Source: an uncultured Acidobacteriota bacterium
Lineage (GTDB): Bacteria > Acidobacteriota > Vicinamibacteria > Vicinamibacterales > Fen-181
Assembly (NCBI GenBank): GCA_963784455.1
Contig: CAWARN010000018.1
Span: 79,541-143,540, forward strand
Length of the DNA stretch: 64,000 nt
Reading direction: 5' to 3'
Part shown: piece after piece, positions 46,143-56,352 of the stretch
How the letters are laid out: every line of letters begins with the position of its first letter
How positions within the stretch are numbered: the stretch's first letter is position 1
Notes under the pieces: generated by a model
What the model saw: the letters and a program-made list of their open reading frames with translations, nothing else
Databases searched by the model: none
Told to the model about the DNA's origin: nothing
Position numbers and translations under genes: made by a program

Positions 46143-47738
46143 TCAGCCCGGGATCGCGTGGCGTCCGATGATGGCCTCGGCCACGCGGACGCCGTCGGCA
46201 GCGGCCGACATGATGCCCCCGGCATGGCCTGCACCTTCGCCCGCGGGGTAGATCCCGCCGATGCTCCCTTCGCATTCAGCCGAACGTGGCATGCGCACGG
46301 GCGAGGACGTGCGGGTCTCGACTCCGGTGAGCACGGCATCGGGCAGATCGAAGCCCTCGACGCGCCTGCCGAAGTGGGGCAGCGCCATGCGGAGCGTCTC
46401 GACGACGTACGGCGGGAGGCAGCCACCGAGATCCGCAGGCTGCACGCCCGGGCGGTAGCTGGGAGCCACCCTGCCCAGGGCTCCACTCGGCACCCCGCGC
46501 AGCAGATCACCCACGAGTTGCACCGGAGCGGCATGGCTCGCGCCACCCAGCGCGAAGGCGAGCGCTTCCCAGTGCCGCTGGAATTCGAAACCGGCCAGCG
46601 GCGAGTTCGAGGGAAAGTCCTGGGGAGAGACGCCGACGACCACCGCCGCGTTGGCATTGGCAGCGCCGCGCGCGGACTGGCTCATGCCGTTGGTCACCAC
46701 GCCTCCCGGCTCGGAAGCCGCGGCAATCACCTCGCCGCCAGGGCACATGCAGAACGTGTAGGCGCTGCGGCCATTGGGGGCATGGCAGGCCAGCTTGTAG
46801 TCCGCCGGTCCGAGGCGCGGGTGTCCGGCACAGCTTCCGAACTGCGCCAGGTCGATGAGCCGCTGCGGGTGTTCGATGCGGACGCCCACCGAGAAGGGCT
46901 TCGGCACCATGTGCAGGCCGGCCTCGTGGAGCATCGCCACGGTGTCGCGCGCGCTGTGCCCGATGGCCATCACGCAGACGCTGGCGGGCAGCGTCTCGCC
47001 CGTGTGGAGCCGCACGCCTCGAAGAGAGCCGCCGTCCAGCACCAGGCCGGTCACCCGGTGTTCGAACCGCACCGACGCCCCGAGGGACTCCAGATGCTTC
47101 CGCAGCCTGACGACCACGCTGCGAAGCCGGTCCGTGCCCACGTGGGGCTTCGCCGACACGAGGATTGATCGGTCGGCCCCCGCCGCGACGAACTCCTGCA
47201 GCACCTTGCGGCAGCGCGGGTCGTTGATCAGCGTGGTCAGCTTGCCGTCCGAGAACGTTCCCGCTCCCCCTTCGCCAAACTGCGCGTTCGACTCGGGGGC
47301 GAGCGCACCGCCGTTCCAGAAGCCCTCCACGTCGCGGCAGCGTTGCGGGATCGGTGTGCCTCGCTCGAGGACGACCGGCCGGTAGCCGCCCTGCGCCAGG
47401 ATGAGCGCCGCGAAGAGCCCGGCGGGGCCGGTACCCACCACTACGGGCCGATGCGGCAGCGGCCGCGCCCCGGGCGCCACCGGGTGATAGGTCTCGTCAG
47501 GCGTCGGCGTGATCTTCCGGGCGGAGGCGGCGGCCAGGAGCGGCGCTTCGTTGGCGACCGTCACATCGACCGAGTACGTCAGCTGAATCGCGTGCCTCTT
47601 GCGCGCGTCGATCGCCTGGCGGCGCACGTCCCAGTGCTGCAGCGCGGATGGCCTCACGCCCAGCGCGCGCGCCACGGCGTCCGCGAGCGCCTCGGGCTTG
47701 TGATCGAGCGGCAGGTGGATGTCGTGAACGCGGATCAC
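46143..47738 (-). CDS. FAD-dependent dehydrogenase (COG2509-like)
   Basis: 531 aa: PVVVGTGPAGLFAALILAQGGYRPVVLERG (dinucleotide fold), GEGGAGTFSDGKL, CMCPGGEVI, GIYPAGEGAGHAGGIMSAAADG. Confidence 0.8.
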   Translation of the reverse strand: MIRVHDIHLPLDHKPEALADAVARALGVRPSALQHWDVRRQAIDARKRHAIQLTYSVDVTVANEAPLLAAASARKITPTPDETYHPVAPGARPLPHRPVVVGTGPAGLFAALILAQGGYRPVVLERGTPIPQRCRDVEGFWNGGALAPESNAQFGEGGAGTFSDGKLTTLINDPRCRKVLQEFVAAGADRSILVSAKPHVGTDRLRSVVVRLRKHLESLGASVRFEHRVTGLVLDGGSLRGVRLHTGETLPASVCVMAIGHSARDTVAMLHEAGLHMVPKPFSVGVRIEHPQRLIDLAQFGSCAGHPRLGPADYKLACHAPNGRSAYTFCMCPGGEVIAAASEPGGVVTNGMSQSARGAANANAAVVVGVSPQDFPSNSPLAGFEFQRHWEALAFALGGASHAAPVQLVGDLLRGVPSGALGRVAPSYRPGVQPADLGGCLPPYVVETLRMALPHFGRRVEGFDLPDAVLTGVETRTSSPVRMPRSAECEGSIGGIYPAGEGAGHAGGIMSAAADGVRVAEAIIGRHAIPG

Positions 47739-47741
47739 GGA

Positions 47742-48989
47742 TCATCCCCTGCCCGAGGCTGATTCGGCCGCCCGCAAGCCGGCCACGTAGCCCGAGGACC
47801 AGGCCCACTGCAGGTTGTACCCGCCGCAGTCGCCGGTGACGTCCAGCAGTTCTCCGGCCAGGTACAGCGCTTCGACCTTCCGGGACTGCAGCGATTCGGG
47901 ATCGACGTCGGCGCAGTCGATTCCCCCGCACATCACGTGCGCCTCGTTGTAGGAGAGCGAGCCGGTGACCGTCAGCGTCCAGGTCTTGCAGAGCGCGGCC
48001 AGGCGAGGCGCGAGAGCCGCACTGCCGCTCGCCGGCGCGGCCTTCATGAGTCCGGCCGTGGCCAGCAGCGGCAGGATCAGGCGCTTGTTGCAGAATCCGA
48101 TCAGCGCATGCTCGAGCGTGGCGTCGCCGGCGCGTTCGAAGCGCGACCGCAGGTGCTCGGACAACGTCGACTGGTCCCACTCCGGGAACAGATCGAGGGC
48201 GAGCCGGACCGCGCGGCCGTCGTGCAGCGCTCTGGCCGCCGGCAGGCTCAGCTGGATGAGCGGCGGCCCGGACAGGCCGTACTCGGTGAACAGGACCTCG
48301 CCCCGCTGGGACCGGGTCGGGCCACCCGCAATGTCGAGCGTGACGTTCGCGTCGACCTTCGTCCCCTTGAGCTGCCGGTTGTACGGGCAGTCAGTCTTGA
48401 GCGGGACCAACCCCGCGTAGGCCGGCACGAGGCGGTGCCCAAGGCTCGTCGCCAGCCGGATGCCGCTTTCGCCGCCTCCCAGATGCGGCATGGCCTTGCC
48501 CCCCGCGGCGAGCACTACGGCTGCCGCTTCGGTGCACTCGCTGGAGTGAATCACGGTGAACGACAGACTGCCGGCGACGATGCGGCTCGCGTCGGCGCCC
48601 ACCATCGTCCGCACGCCAAGCCGTTGCGCCTCGAAGCGCAAGACGTCGAGCACGGCGGATGCCTGTCCGCAGAGGGGATAAATCTCCCCGTCATCCTCGA
48701 TCGTGGTGAGGATGCCGAGGTTGTCGAAGAAGGCGAGGGTGTCCGCCACACCGAACTGGCGCAGCACCGCGGAGACGAAGCCGGGGTTCCTGCCGTGGTA
48801 GTTCGTATCGGCGACTTCTGCGTGGCTCAGGTTGCACCGGCCGTTGCCCGTGGCCAGCAGTTTCCTGCCGACCCGGTCCTGGCGTTCGAGCAGGCACACC
48901 GAGGATCCAGCCCGCGCCGCCGTGATCGCGGCCATGAGGCCCGACGGGCCGCCGCCCACGACCGCCACGGAGTATCGATGGTCAGCCAC
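47742..48989 (-). CDS. HI0933/BaiN-like flavoprotein (NAD(P)/FAD-dependent oxidoreductase)
   Basis: [63 protein letters not shown]. It ends 3 nt before the preceding gene start. Confidence 0.85.
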   Translation of the reverse strand: MADHRYSVAVVGGGPSGLMAAITAARAGSSVCLLERQDRVGRKLLATGNGRCNLSHAEVADTNYHGRNPGFVSAVLRQFGVADTLAFFDNLGILTTIEDDGEIYPLCGQASAVLDVLRFEAQRLGVRTMVGADASRIVAGSLSFTVIHSSECTEAAAVVLAAGGKAMPHLGGGESGIRLATSLGHRLVPAYAGLVPLKTDCPYNRQLKGTKVDANVTLDIAGGPTRSQRGEVLFTEYGLSGPPLIQLSLPAARALHDGRAVRLALDLFPEWDQSTLSEHLRSRFERAGDATLEHALIGFCNKRLILPLLATAGLMKAAPASGSAALAPRLAALCKTWTLTVTGSLSYNEAHVMCGGIDCADVDPESLQSRKVEALYLAGELLDVTGDCGGYNLQWAWSSGYVAGLRAAESASGRG

Positions 48990-49276
48990 GGGACACCATT
49001 GTATGGCGAATGCTCCTGCCCAGTGGTGCCTGGAGCGGAAACAGGGAAGACTCCGTCAGATCACGTGCTCGCGGGACTTGATGCCGAGCCAGAAACGACG
49101 ATAATCAGCCCTGTGCCTGAGCGGCGAGGCGGACCGCTCGGGCGGCGGGGGCTCCCCGTGATCGCGCGCGCTCGCCCGACCGGGCTCGGGCGGGCGGTCT
49201 TGCTGCGTCATGGGAACCGGCGGGCCGAGCGTTGCGGTCGTGGCCTTCCGGTCACCAGGCAAGTGGAGGCAGCTCA

Positions 49277-52200
49277 ATGGGCGACGGACAGCAGCCAGGC
49301 GTGTCGGGTGTCGGGGCATCGGCTCGTGGCGGTGGATCGGCGATCTTGTGGGGCCTGTCGGCGCTTCTCGCCCACGCCGCTCTACTTGACGCCGCCGTCG
49401 AGACCTTCTGGAGTGGGTCACCGCTGCGGTGGTGGATCTGCCCAGCGCTGGTCCTCTTCACGACGCTCAGCGTCTGGGCGTGGCGTCCGTCGGGCAAGCT
49501 CCTGCGCCGCTTCGGCCCTTCGGCCGCCGCTTCGACAGCCGCCTTGGGGTTCCTCGCGCTCCTGGCCGTCACGGCTTGGCTGCCGGCCGGCCAGGCGGCA
49601 GGGGTCCGACTGTTACTCCAGTCGACTTCCAGAGTGCTGACCGCGGTGCTGGCGCTGGCGGTCCTCCTCGCCGCCATCGTACTGGTTCGCGCAGCCGGCG
49701 CCCTCGCGCCGACCCCCAGACTCGTCACGCGAGCCGTCGTCGCCGGACTCGGCGTGTACGCGCTGGCCGCACTCGGGATGGCGCTTCGCGACGAGCTTCC
49801 GTTCTCAGGTTTGCAGGGCGGCGCGTTCTGGCAGCGGTTGCCCCACTGGCTGCAGGGAACCTACCTGGGCGTCGCGGCACTGCTGCCGCTCGCCATCCTC
49901 GCGCTGCTGATATCGATCATCGGAAGCCTTCGCCGCAAGCAGCCGGTGCGTGCCGCGATTCACCAGGTGACCGCGCTCGTCATGGCATTCGTCATGGCGA
50001 TTGGCGGGATTGAGGCTCCTGGGCGCCCGAGCGCCGAAGCCGGCATCGACACGTCACGAGCGGACGCCCCGCGCACGGGAAGCGTCACCCCTCGGCCCAT
50101 CGACGTCACCTCGCCGGACGGGCGAGCGCAATGGGCGCGATCAATGAGCGCGCTCGAAGCCGCCGAGAAGGAGATCCCCGGAGACACCTTCGACCCGCGG
50201 GCGATCGTGGAGTCGGTCGGCGCCGATCCCGTGAAGTTGTTCTCGTGGGTCAGAGACAACACGTACTGGATTCCCTACCGCGGCGCTCTTCGAGGGGCCA
50301 GCGGCGTCCTGATGGACCGCCTGGGCAACAGCCTCGACCGCGCGCTCCTCCTCGGGGCGTTGCTCGAGGCGGCCGGGCACAAGATCCGCCTCGCCCACGC
50401 CACGCTTCCCGGCTCGCAGGCGGAAGCCCTGGTTGGCAAGGTCAGACCGATTCCCGCGAATTGGGTGCAGACGGTGCCAGGCCCGACAGCCGATCAGGTG
50501 AAGGCGAACTCGGACACTCTCGCCAAGGCGTACGAGCTGAACGCGACCCGCCTGCAGGACGACTACAACAGGGTCGCGCTGGAAGGGCATGCGTTCTACG
50601 AGGAAATGCGGCGACGGGTGCCGGCGCAGGCGCAGGCGCTCGCGTCGATTGTGGACAAGGGCGCCGCTACCGACGATCCGCAGGGAAAGTCGCTGGCAGC
50701 GATCGCCGATCACTGGTGGGTGCAGCGGTTGGACGGGCAGCAGTGGGTGGACATGGATCCGCTCCTTCCCGACTCGCAGCCGGCCGCGGCGCAGGCCGCG
50801 GCGTCCAGGACATTCTCGCTGAGCCCGCTGAAAGGGACGGCCTCCCTTCCGGCCGAGTTCTGTCATGAGGTGACGATTCGAGTGGTCATCGAACAGTGGA
50901 CGTCCGGCGTCGTGAAGGAGAAGGTGCCGCTGAAGTACTCGTTCCGGGCAGCCGACGCGGTCGGCCGCCCGATGGTCCTGCAGAACGTGCCTGTGGCATT
51001 GGCGAAATCGGCCGAGTCTGAACCGGGCAAAGACCCGCTCGTCGACCTGGGCGCAAGACTCGCCGGGCAGTCGAAGTGGCTGCCTCGCCTGACGGTTGGT
51101 GAGCAGGTCATTGGAACCACCGCTTTCACCGACGCCGGCGACCTGGTGGACGCCAGGGACGGCGGTTCCTCCCCGGGCTCTTCGGTGGGTGGCGGCGCGG
51201 CGGGCCTGTTCGGGGGCCTGTCCGGCGGAACGGCGGCAGAACCGGAGCGCGGCGGATCGCTGTCAGCCGAGTGGATCGAGTACGAGGTCCGCGTCCCGGG
51301 TGAAGCCGCGAGAATCGTGCGACGGACGATGTTCGACGCCCTCGGCCCGGCAAGAGAGCAACGGCCTGTCAGGGCCCCTGATGACGGAGAAGCGGCCCGA
51401 GCGGCTCGGGCATTTGGACTGGTTCACGCGACTCAGATCCTGCCCGTGACGTGCGCACTGTCGAAAGCGTTTGTCGCCCGGCAGATTGCCCGGGAGGTCC
51501 TCGGCAATTGGCCGACCCTCGGCGCCGGCGTGGATCGGATATCGGGGAGTGCCATCGACCAGCGTCAGGTTGCCACAGCCAAGCCCATCTTCGCCCGGCT
51601 CTATTCCCTGGCCGTCACCCGCTTCGCCGGGAATCCTGGTGCCGGAGATGCGTATCTGGATCAGCCGAACCTCCTCTCCTATCACGCGTCGTTCTTCCGT
51701 GACTCGAGCGGCGCTGCCGCGGGGTTGATGGCTTTCGACATCGTGACGAACGACGTCGCCGTCCGGTCCGGGGCGAAGGCAACGCCGTTCGAGGTCCGCC
51801 TGGCGCAAGGGGTGGCAGACACCAACGCGGAGGGGTTACTCGGAAACAGTGTCATGACCACTAACGCCGCGCTGCTGTTTCAACAGGCGGGCGGGACCAC
51901 CTCCCCGATCGTGATCCGGTCGAAAGACGACGGCGCGTTCAGCGCCCTCTCATGGCCGCCTGTGGTGCGAGGCCAGGTGGAGCGGGATCTCGAGGCCGGG
52001 AATGTGGTCGTCGTTCCTCGGGCGTCGGCCCGGGCGACTACGGTAAGGGACTGCGTCTGGTGGCGCGTCAATCCCAGAACCGGCCAGAGTCTGGGCATGG
52101 GCGGACCCGGATGGGGCCAGTCGATGACCGAGAAGGCCGTCATCTACGGGATTCTCGTGATGGGGTTCTTCGACGCTGGCGCCTTGGTGTGCATGGGCAT

Positions 52201-52468
52201 CATTCGGTCAAGGCGCAAGGGGCTGGCGGCGTCCGCGACGCCCGAGGAGCAGAAGACCTACTGGAGGCAGGAACAGGCCGACAGGAACACGTGCATCTGC
52301 GCCGGGGCCGGGACGGCGGTCGCCTTCGCGGCCATTCTTGCCGGCCCGGTTTTCGGCGCCGGCGCAGCAGCAGCCGGCGCCGTCGCCAAGGCGGCGACGT
52401 GGGGGGGGATCATCGGGGGCATCTCAGCGGCGGTCTGTCCGGCATTCGCCGTGCCGGACGAAACGTAG
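49277..52468 (+). CDS. Large polytopic membrane protein with a central transglutaminase-like core (TgpA-like architecture)
   Basis: GGAGG lies 7 nt before ATG 49277. There are about 7 N-terminal hydrophobic helices. Core: LFSWVRDNTYWIPYRGALRGASGVLMDRLGNSLDRALLLGALLEAAGHKIRL ... DHWWVQRLDGQQWVDMDP (His and Asp present, Ser where the nucleophile Cys is expected). Hydrophobic segments recur at the C-terminus. Confidence 0.65.
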   Translation: MGDGQQPGVSGVGASARGGGSAILWGLSALLAHAALLDAAVETFWSGSPLRWWICPALVLFTTLSVWAWRPSGKLLRRFGPSAAASTAALGFLALLAVTAWLPAGQAAGVRLLLQSTSRVLTAVLALAVLLAAIVLVRAAGALAPTPRLVTRAVVAGLGVYALAALGMALRDELPFSGLQGGAFWQRLPHWLQGTYLGVAALLPLAILALLISIIGSLRRKQPVRAAIHQVTALVMAFVMAIGGIEAPGRPSAEAGIDTSRADAPRTGSVTPRPIDVTSPDGRAQWARSMSALEAAEKEIPGDTFDPRAIVESVGADPVKLFSWVRDNTYWIPYRGALRGASGVLMDRLGNSLDRALLLGALLEAAGHKIRLAHATLPGSQAEALVGKVRPIPANWVQTVPGPTADQVKANSDTLAKAYELNATRLQDDYNRVALEGHAFYEEMRRRVPAQAQALASIVDKGAATDDPQGKSLAAIADHWWVQRLDGQQWVDMDPLLPDSQPAAAQAAASRTFSLSPLKGTASLPAEFCHEVTIRVVIEQWTSGVVKEKVPLKYSFRAADAVGRPMVLQNVPVALAKSAESEPGKDPLVDLGARLAGQSKWLPRLTVGEQVIGTTAFTDAGDLVDARDGGSSPGSSVGGGAAGLFGGLSGGTAAEPERGGSLSAEWIEYEVRVPGEAARIVRRTMFDALGPAREQRPVRAPDDGEAARAARAFGLVHATQILPVTCALSKAFVARQIAREVLGNWPTLGAGVDRISGSAIDQRQVATAKPIFARLYSLAVTRFAGNPGAGDAYLDQPNLLSYHASFFRDSSGAAAGLMAFDIVTNDVAVRSGAKATPFEVRLAQGVADTNAEGLLGNSVMTTNAALLFQQAGGTTSPIVIRSKDDGAFSALSWPPVVRGQVERDLEAGNVVVVPRASARATTVRDCVWWRVNPRTGQSLGMGGPGWGQSMTEKAVIYGILVMGFFDAGALVCMGIIRSRRKGLAASATPEEQKTYWRQEQADRNTCICAGAGTAVAFAAILAGPVFGAGAAAAGAVAKAATWGGIIGGISAAVCPAFAVPDET

Positions 52469-52643
52469 CCGCGAGGGCCGCGGGAGGGCCGGCCTCGCGA
52501 TCCGGCCGGCTCCGGCTGCGGCCTCTACGCCAGCAGCTCAGCCCCCGGCCGCTCGACGTGGATCATCGTCGTATCGAGGAACGGCAGATCTGACGGCGAG
52601 GACAATAGCGTCGTTTCGGCAGGATCATGACGGGTGTGAGGCC

Positions 52644-53336
52644 ATGTTCATCGTGTACATCGTCGGTTGGATGCTGCTCATTCTGGTGGTTGGCGGCTGG
52701 CTCGTCGGCAGACAGCGCCGAAAAGCCGATGCCGGGATGAGGCAATTGGCGGCTTCCTTCGGGTTCACGCTCCTGGAGAACATGGAGGCGGTGGACCGGT
52801 CAATCGTTCCGGCCATGCGCCAGGCCGCGCTCGAGGCCCGCGAGAAGCTCCCTCCCTTCTTCCGCAAGCTGGCCGAGCGGCCGGCGAGGGGATTCTTGTG
52901 CGTCGCGGGCGTGGCCGATGGTGTCGAGGTCACCATCTTCCTGGAGTCCACTGGTTCGGGAAAGACCGAAACCAAGTATACGGTGGTCCGCGCCGACTAC
53001 CCGAAGCCGCTGCCCTTCGAGATGCGCATCGGCGCGGAGGGGGCGTTCACCCGCCTGGGCAAGGCGCTGTTCGAGCTTCGGGACCTCGAAATCGGTGACC
53101 CTGAATTCGACCGCGCGGTCCGCATCAAGACGGCCGACGAGGCGGCCGCGAAGGCGGCGCTCGGCAAGCCCGGCGTGAGAGATGCGGTACTCGGCCTGCT
53201 GGCCCTGTCGTCGTCGGCCTTCGCGACGAACGCGTACGCGCAGTGGGTGGAACAGGGCTACCGCTTCGACCCGGTGAAGACCCGAGACCGGGTGGCCGCC
53301 GTCGCGGCCGTCGCGCGGACGCTCGGCACGGATTGA
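52644..53336 (+). CDS. Single-pass membrane hypothetical protein (230 aa)
   Basis: MFIVYIVGWMLLILVVGGWLVGRQRRK anchor, then a soluble domain with no motif I recognise. Same strand as, and 176 nt after, the transglutaminase-like gene. Confidence 0.55.
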   Translation: MFIVYIVGWMLLILVVGGWLVGRQRRKADAGMRQLAASFGFTLLENMEAVDRSIVPAMRQAALEAREKLPPFFRKLAERPARGFLCVAGVADGVEVTIFLESTGSGKTETKYTVVRADYPKPLPFEMRIGAEGAFTRLGKALFELRDLEIGDPEFDRAVRIKTADEAAAKAALGKPGVRDAVLGLLALSSSAFATNAYAQWVEQGYRFDPVKTRDRVAAVAAVARTLGTD

Positions 53337-53359
53337 GGCCGGCGGGCTGGCCGGCGGCA

Positions 53360-53719
53360 TCACCCCTTCACGCCGAACCCCTTCTTCACCAGCAGGTTGC
53401 GAAGGCGATCGCGCAAATCGCCCTGCAGTTCGACCGCGTCGTCTCGCACGGCGCCACCCACCCCGCACGCCCGCTTCAGCTCCTGGCAGAGCTCCTTGAG
53501 GAAGGCGGCGTTACGCGGCAGGTCGTAGACGACGGTGACGGACTTGCCGCCGCGCCCAGCCTTCTCGAGCGCAGCTTCGCGACGACGCGAACCGGCACCG
53601 GCTCGTGTCCCCGCCGCAAAGCCGGCGCAGCGACAGTCCGTGGCCGGCCGGCCGCACCCGGGACACACCGTGCCGGAGCCGGTGGAGTAGACGAGCCGGG
53701 AGTTCTCGCGCGCCGCCAT
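53360..53719 (-). CDS. yciH: Translation initiation factor SUI1/YciH family
   Basis: MAARENSRLVYSTGSGTVCPGCGRP...RGGKSVTVVYDLPRNAAFLKELCQELKRACGVGGAV.DDAVELQGDLRDRLRNLLVKKGF. Confidence 0.85.
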   Translation of the reverse strand: MAARENSRLVYSTGSGTVCPGCGRPATDCRCAGFAAGTRAGAGSRRREAALEKAGRGGKSVTVVYDLPRNAAFLKELCQELKRACGVGGAVRDDAVELQGDLRDRLRNLLVKKGFGVKG

Positions 53720-53903
53720 GGCGCGATCATGCGCGAACTGCCGCAGCCCGGCAAGTGGGCGTCTCACGCGCGCGCAGGCTCATGACTGGCCTCGACACGT
53801 TCTGTCTGACTTCAAGGAGGAGTAGCGAAGAACCGCGACGACGGCGGCAGGTGTGCTAATGTTCCAGGATTCAACTCCGAATTGATATGCCCGGAGGCAC
53901 ACT

Positions 53904-55214
53904 GTGACCGATACGAAGATCACCCTGCCCGAGTCCGAGATTCCGACGCACTTCTACAACATCGCGCCGGATCTGCCGACGCCGCTGCCGCCGCCTCTGC
54001 ACCCGGGCACGCGTCAGCCGATCGGCCCGGAGGCCCTCGCCCCGATCTTCCCGATGGGACTGATCGCGCAGGAGATGTCTCAGGAGCCGATGATCGAGAT
54101 CCCCGACGAAGTGCGCGACATCTATCGCCTCTATCGGCCCAGTCCGATGTTCAGGGCGCGCGGTTTCGAGGAGGCGCTCGACACCCCGGCGCACATCTAC
54201 TACAAGTCGGAACACGTCAGCCCGGTGGGCAGCCACAAGCTGAATACCGCGATCATGCAGGCGTACGTCAACAAGCAGGAGGGCGTGAAGCGCATCGCGA
54301 CCGAGACGGGCGCAGGTCAGTGGGGCAGCGCCATGGCGTGCGCGTGCAGGCTGACCGGCCTCGAGTGCATGGTCTACATGGTTCGCATCAGCTACGACCA
54401 GAAGCCGTACCGGCGCATCATGATGAAGACCTACGGCGCCGACGTCGTCGCCAGCCCGTCGAATCTGACGCAGGCTGGTCGTAACATCCTGGCGCAGCAT
54501 CCCGATTCCTCCGGAAGCCTCGGCATCGCCATCTCGGAGGCGATCGAGGATGCGGCGAAGCGGGACGACACCAAGTACGCGCTCGGCAGCGTGCTCAACC
54601 ACGTGCTGCTGCACCAGACGATCATCGGCCAGGAAGCGAAGAAGCAGATGGAGCTGGCGGGCGAGTATCCCGACATCCTGATTGCCTGTCACGGCGGCGG
54701 CAGCAATTTCGCCGGCCTGGTGTTCCCGTTCCTCAAGGACAAGCTGAAGGGCGGGCGTTCTCTCCTTCGCGCCATCGCGGTGGAGCCGGCGGCGTGCCCG
54801 AGCCTGACGGCCGGGGCGCGCGAGTACGATTTCGGCGACACCGCGGGGACGACGCCGCTGATGATGATGCACACGCTCGGGCACGACTTCATGCCGGCGC
54901 CCGTGCACGCGGGGGGCCTCCGCTACCACGGGTCCGCGCCGCTCGTCAGCCACCTGCTCGCGGCGGGCGTGATCGAAGCCGAGGCGTATCACCAGGGCGA
55001 GGTCTTCGAGAGCGCGCTCACGTTCGCGCGATGCGAGGGCACGATTCCCGCTCCCGAGTCGGCTCACGCCATTCACAGCGTCGTGAAGCACGCGCTCGCG
55101 GCGAGGGAGTCGGGCGAGAAGAAGGTCATCGTCTTCAATCTGTCCGGGCACGGGGTATTCGACCTGGCGGCGTACGACTCGTACCTCACGGGTAAGATGG
55201 ATCCGAACGCGTAG
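53904..55214 (+). CDS. trpB2: TrpB-like PLP enzyme (tryptophan synthase beta chain 2 type)
   Basis: GTG start after GGAGG. ..[50 protein letters not shown]...[12 protein letters not shown]...GLRYHG. Confidence 0.9.
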   Translation: MTDTKITLPESEIPTHFYNIAPDLPTPLPPPLHPGTRQPIGPEALAPIFPMGLIAQEMSQEPMIEIPDEVRDIYRLYRPSPMFRARGFEEALDTPAHIYYKSEHVSPVGSHKLNTAIMQAYVNKQEGVKRIATETGAGQWGSAMACACRLTGLECMVYMVRISYDQKPYRRIMMKTYGADVVASPSNLTQAGRNILAQHPDSSGSLGIAISEAIEDAAKRDDTKYALGSVLNHVLLHQTIIGQEAKKQMELAGEYPDILIACHGGGSNFAGLVFPFLKDKLKGGRSLLRAIAVEPAACPSLTAGAREYDFGDTAGTTPLMMMHTLGHDFMPAPVHAGGLRYHGSAPLVSHLLAAGVIEAEAYHQGEVFESALTFARCEGTIPAPESAHAIHSVVKHALAARESGEKKVIVFNLSGHGVFDLAAYDSYLTGKMDPNA

Positions 55215-55219
55215 CAGGA

Positions 55220-56290
55220 TTGGGATCTGGAGTGACGTTTCGCCCGACTGACGACCTTCGCATCCGTGACGTTCGCCCGCTGATTCCTCCGGCGATTCTC
55301 CTGGAGGAACTCCCCATCAGCGAGCGGGTGTCCAACACCGTCGCCGACGCGCGGGCCTCCGTGACCGAGGTTGTCCTCGGCAGAGACCCGCGCCTGGTGG
55401 CGGTGGTGGGCCCATGTTCGATCCACGACACCGGGGCGGCGCTGGAGTACGCCGTGCGGCTGAGAGCGATCGCCGCTCGATTCGCGGACAGCCTGGTCGT
55501 GGTCATGCGCGCGTACTTCGAGAAGCCGCGCACGGTCGTGGGCTGGAAGGGGTTGATCAACGATCCGGACCTTGACGGGAGCTACCACATCAACAAGGGG
55601 CTGAGGCTCGCGCGCAAGCTGCTGCTCGACGTGAATGAGCTGGGCCTGCCGACCGGCTCCGAGTTCCTCGACACCCAGATCCCCCAGCATGTCGCCGACC
55701 TGACCGCGTGGGCGGCCATCGGCGCCCGAACCGCCGAAAGCCAGGTCCACCGGGAGCTGGCATCGGGCCTCTCCATGCCCGTCGGATTCAAGAACAGCAC
55801 GCATGGTGATACGAAGGTCGCCATCGACGGCGTGCTCACGGCCCGCCAGCCGCACTGGTTCCCGGGCGTGACCAAGCAGGGCGTCGTCGCGATTCTGCAG
55901 ACTGGCGGCAACGATACCTGCCACGTCATTCTGCGGGGAGGCTCGCGAACCGGCCCCAACTACCAGGCCGATCGGATCGCCGAGGTGTGCGCCAAGCTCG
56001 GCGCCCAGGGACTGCCCCCGCGCGTCATGGTCGACTGTTCACACGGCAACAGCCAGCGTGACTACCGGAGGCAGAGCGAGGTGGCGTCGGAGCTCGGGCG
56101 CCAGATCGCGGCCGGGTCGCGGCAGGTGTTCGGGGTCATGCTCGAGAGCCACCTGGTCGAAGGCCGACAGGACTGCCAGGCAGGGCGGCCCCTGACCTAC
56201 GGCCAGAGCATCACAGACGCGTGCATCTCGATCGACGAGACCGAACGTGTGCTCGAACGGCTCGCCGGCGCGCAGCAGGCGCGCGGCTGA
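55220..56290 (+). CDS. aroG: 3-deoxy-7-phosphoheptulonate (DAHP) synthase, class I
   Basis: ..RLVAVVGPCSIHD...MRAYFEKPRTVVGWKGLINDP...AAIGARTAESQVHRELASGLSMPVGFKN...VMVDCSHGNS. The start is uncertain (TTG 55220 or GTG 55232). Confidence 0.9.
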   Translation: MGSGVTFRPTDDLRIRDVRPLIPPAILLEELPISERVSNTVADARASVTEVVLGRDPRLVAVVGPCSIHDTGAALEYAVRLRAIAARFADSLVVVMRAYFEKPRTVVGWKGLINDPDLDGSYHINKGLRLARKLLLDVNELGLPTGSEFLDTQIPQHVADLTAWAAIGARTAESQVHRELASGLSMPVGFKNSTHGDTKVAIDGVLTARQPHWFPGVTKQGVVAILQTGGNDTCHVILRGGSRTGPNYQADRIAEVCAKLGAQGLPPRVMVDCSHGNSQRDYRRQSEVASELGRQIAAGSRQVFGVMLESHLVEGRQDCQAGRPLTYGQSITDACISIDETERVLERLAGAQQARG

Positions 56291-56352
56291 CCCGAGAAGC
56301 GGGCTCAGACGATCGGCGGCGGCTGCAGCCTGGCGGATGGGGGCTCGAGGCC

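Noticed and set aside
46143-48989. Two adjacent flavoprotein genes as a novel two-component system
   Set aside because: Both belong to widespread, poorly characterised FAD-dependent families. Adjacency alone, without conserved partners or unusual features in the sequence, does not support a specific claim.
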